Made by a program: the position numbers and the translations under genes. DNA of 29,043 bases, from the IMG/VR virus record IMGVR_UViG_3300033076_000547, positions 1 to 29,043 of that record; one strand, written 5' to 3'. Shown here one piece after another: positions 28,844 to 29,043 of this stretch. Each line of letters starts with the position of its first letter. Position 1 is the first letter of the stretch. Source of the DNA: a virus (Duplodnaviria; Caudoviricetes). Under the pieces are notes generated by a model, which saw nothing but the letters and a program-made list of their open reading frames with translations, ran no database searches and had not been told where the DNA came from.

Positions 28844-29043
28844 ATGGGAAAAGAGCCAGAATTCATATTAGCATTAGACGTATCCACTTCAACCATTGGT
28901 ATTGCCTTGTTTGAAGATTTGGGGGATAAAGGTAAACTTAAATTGTTGCACCATGTCAGCCCTAAGGTTAAACCACAACCAGAAAACAAAATGGAAGAGT
29001 TGTTCAAGAAAGTTGAAATCTTCCAAACTGAGTTTTTGAACAA
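28844..29043 (+). CDS. ruvC: RuvC-like Holliday junction resolvase (RNase H fold); 3'-truncated by the window edge
   Basis: Not in the ORF track. Manual translation gives MGKEPEFILALDVSTSTIGIALFEDLGDKGKLKLLHHVSPK..., which has the RuvC-type first strand ILALD.S....G.A with the catalytic Asp. Confidence 0.72.
   Translation, partial: MGKEPEFILALDVSTSTIGIALFEDLGDKGKLKLLHHVSPKVKPQPENKMEELFKKVEIFQTEFLN

Noticed and set aside
1-29043. Stop-codon reassignment (no gene ends in TAG)
   Set aside because: The standard code already gives long, abutting ORFs without fragmentation. TAA preference is expected in AT-rich DNA.
467-29043. All minus-strand ORFs and short alternative-frame plus ORFs in the track (e.g. 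1241-1663, 4031-4357, 13813-14025, 21171-21380, 22362-22637, 28822-29043)
   Set aside because: They are shadows overlapping well-supported genes and have no recognisable motifs. The HMLKV repeats are simply the shifted frame of HAEG.

Overview
AT-rich, gene-dense window with every credible gene on the + strand. It is best read as part of a large contractile-tailed (myovirus-like) phage genome, probably infecting Bacteroidota. The host inference rests on A-rich leaders without Shine-Dalgarno motifs, a TAnnTTTG-type promoter and SprB-like repeats. Layout: class Ia ribonucleotide reductase (5'-truncated nrdB, then nrdA), an intrinsic terminator, and a ~26 kb baseplate/tail-fibre module. That module holds gp25/gpW-like, gp6/gpJ-like and gpI/gp7-like wedge proteins, several large Cys-rich virion proteins, a fibre with ~65 x 14-aa SHAEG repeats, and two paralogous P2 gpH-N/DUF3751-like proteins. 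The start of a RuvC-like resolvase, missed by the ORF track, closes the window. Most notable: (1) strong enrichment of a [S/T]-G-x-T tetrapeptide in the distal virion proteins, a candidate modification sequon; (2) a YadA-like beta-roll fibre with His/Glu at the normally hydrophobic core positions; (3) a lone minimal nucleotidyltransferase translationally coupled inside the tail module; (4) a recurrent intergenic ATATTTAT motif, a likely phage late promoter. All family calls are by motif recognition and all counts are manual; no searches were run.
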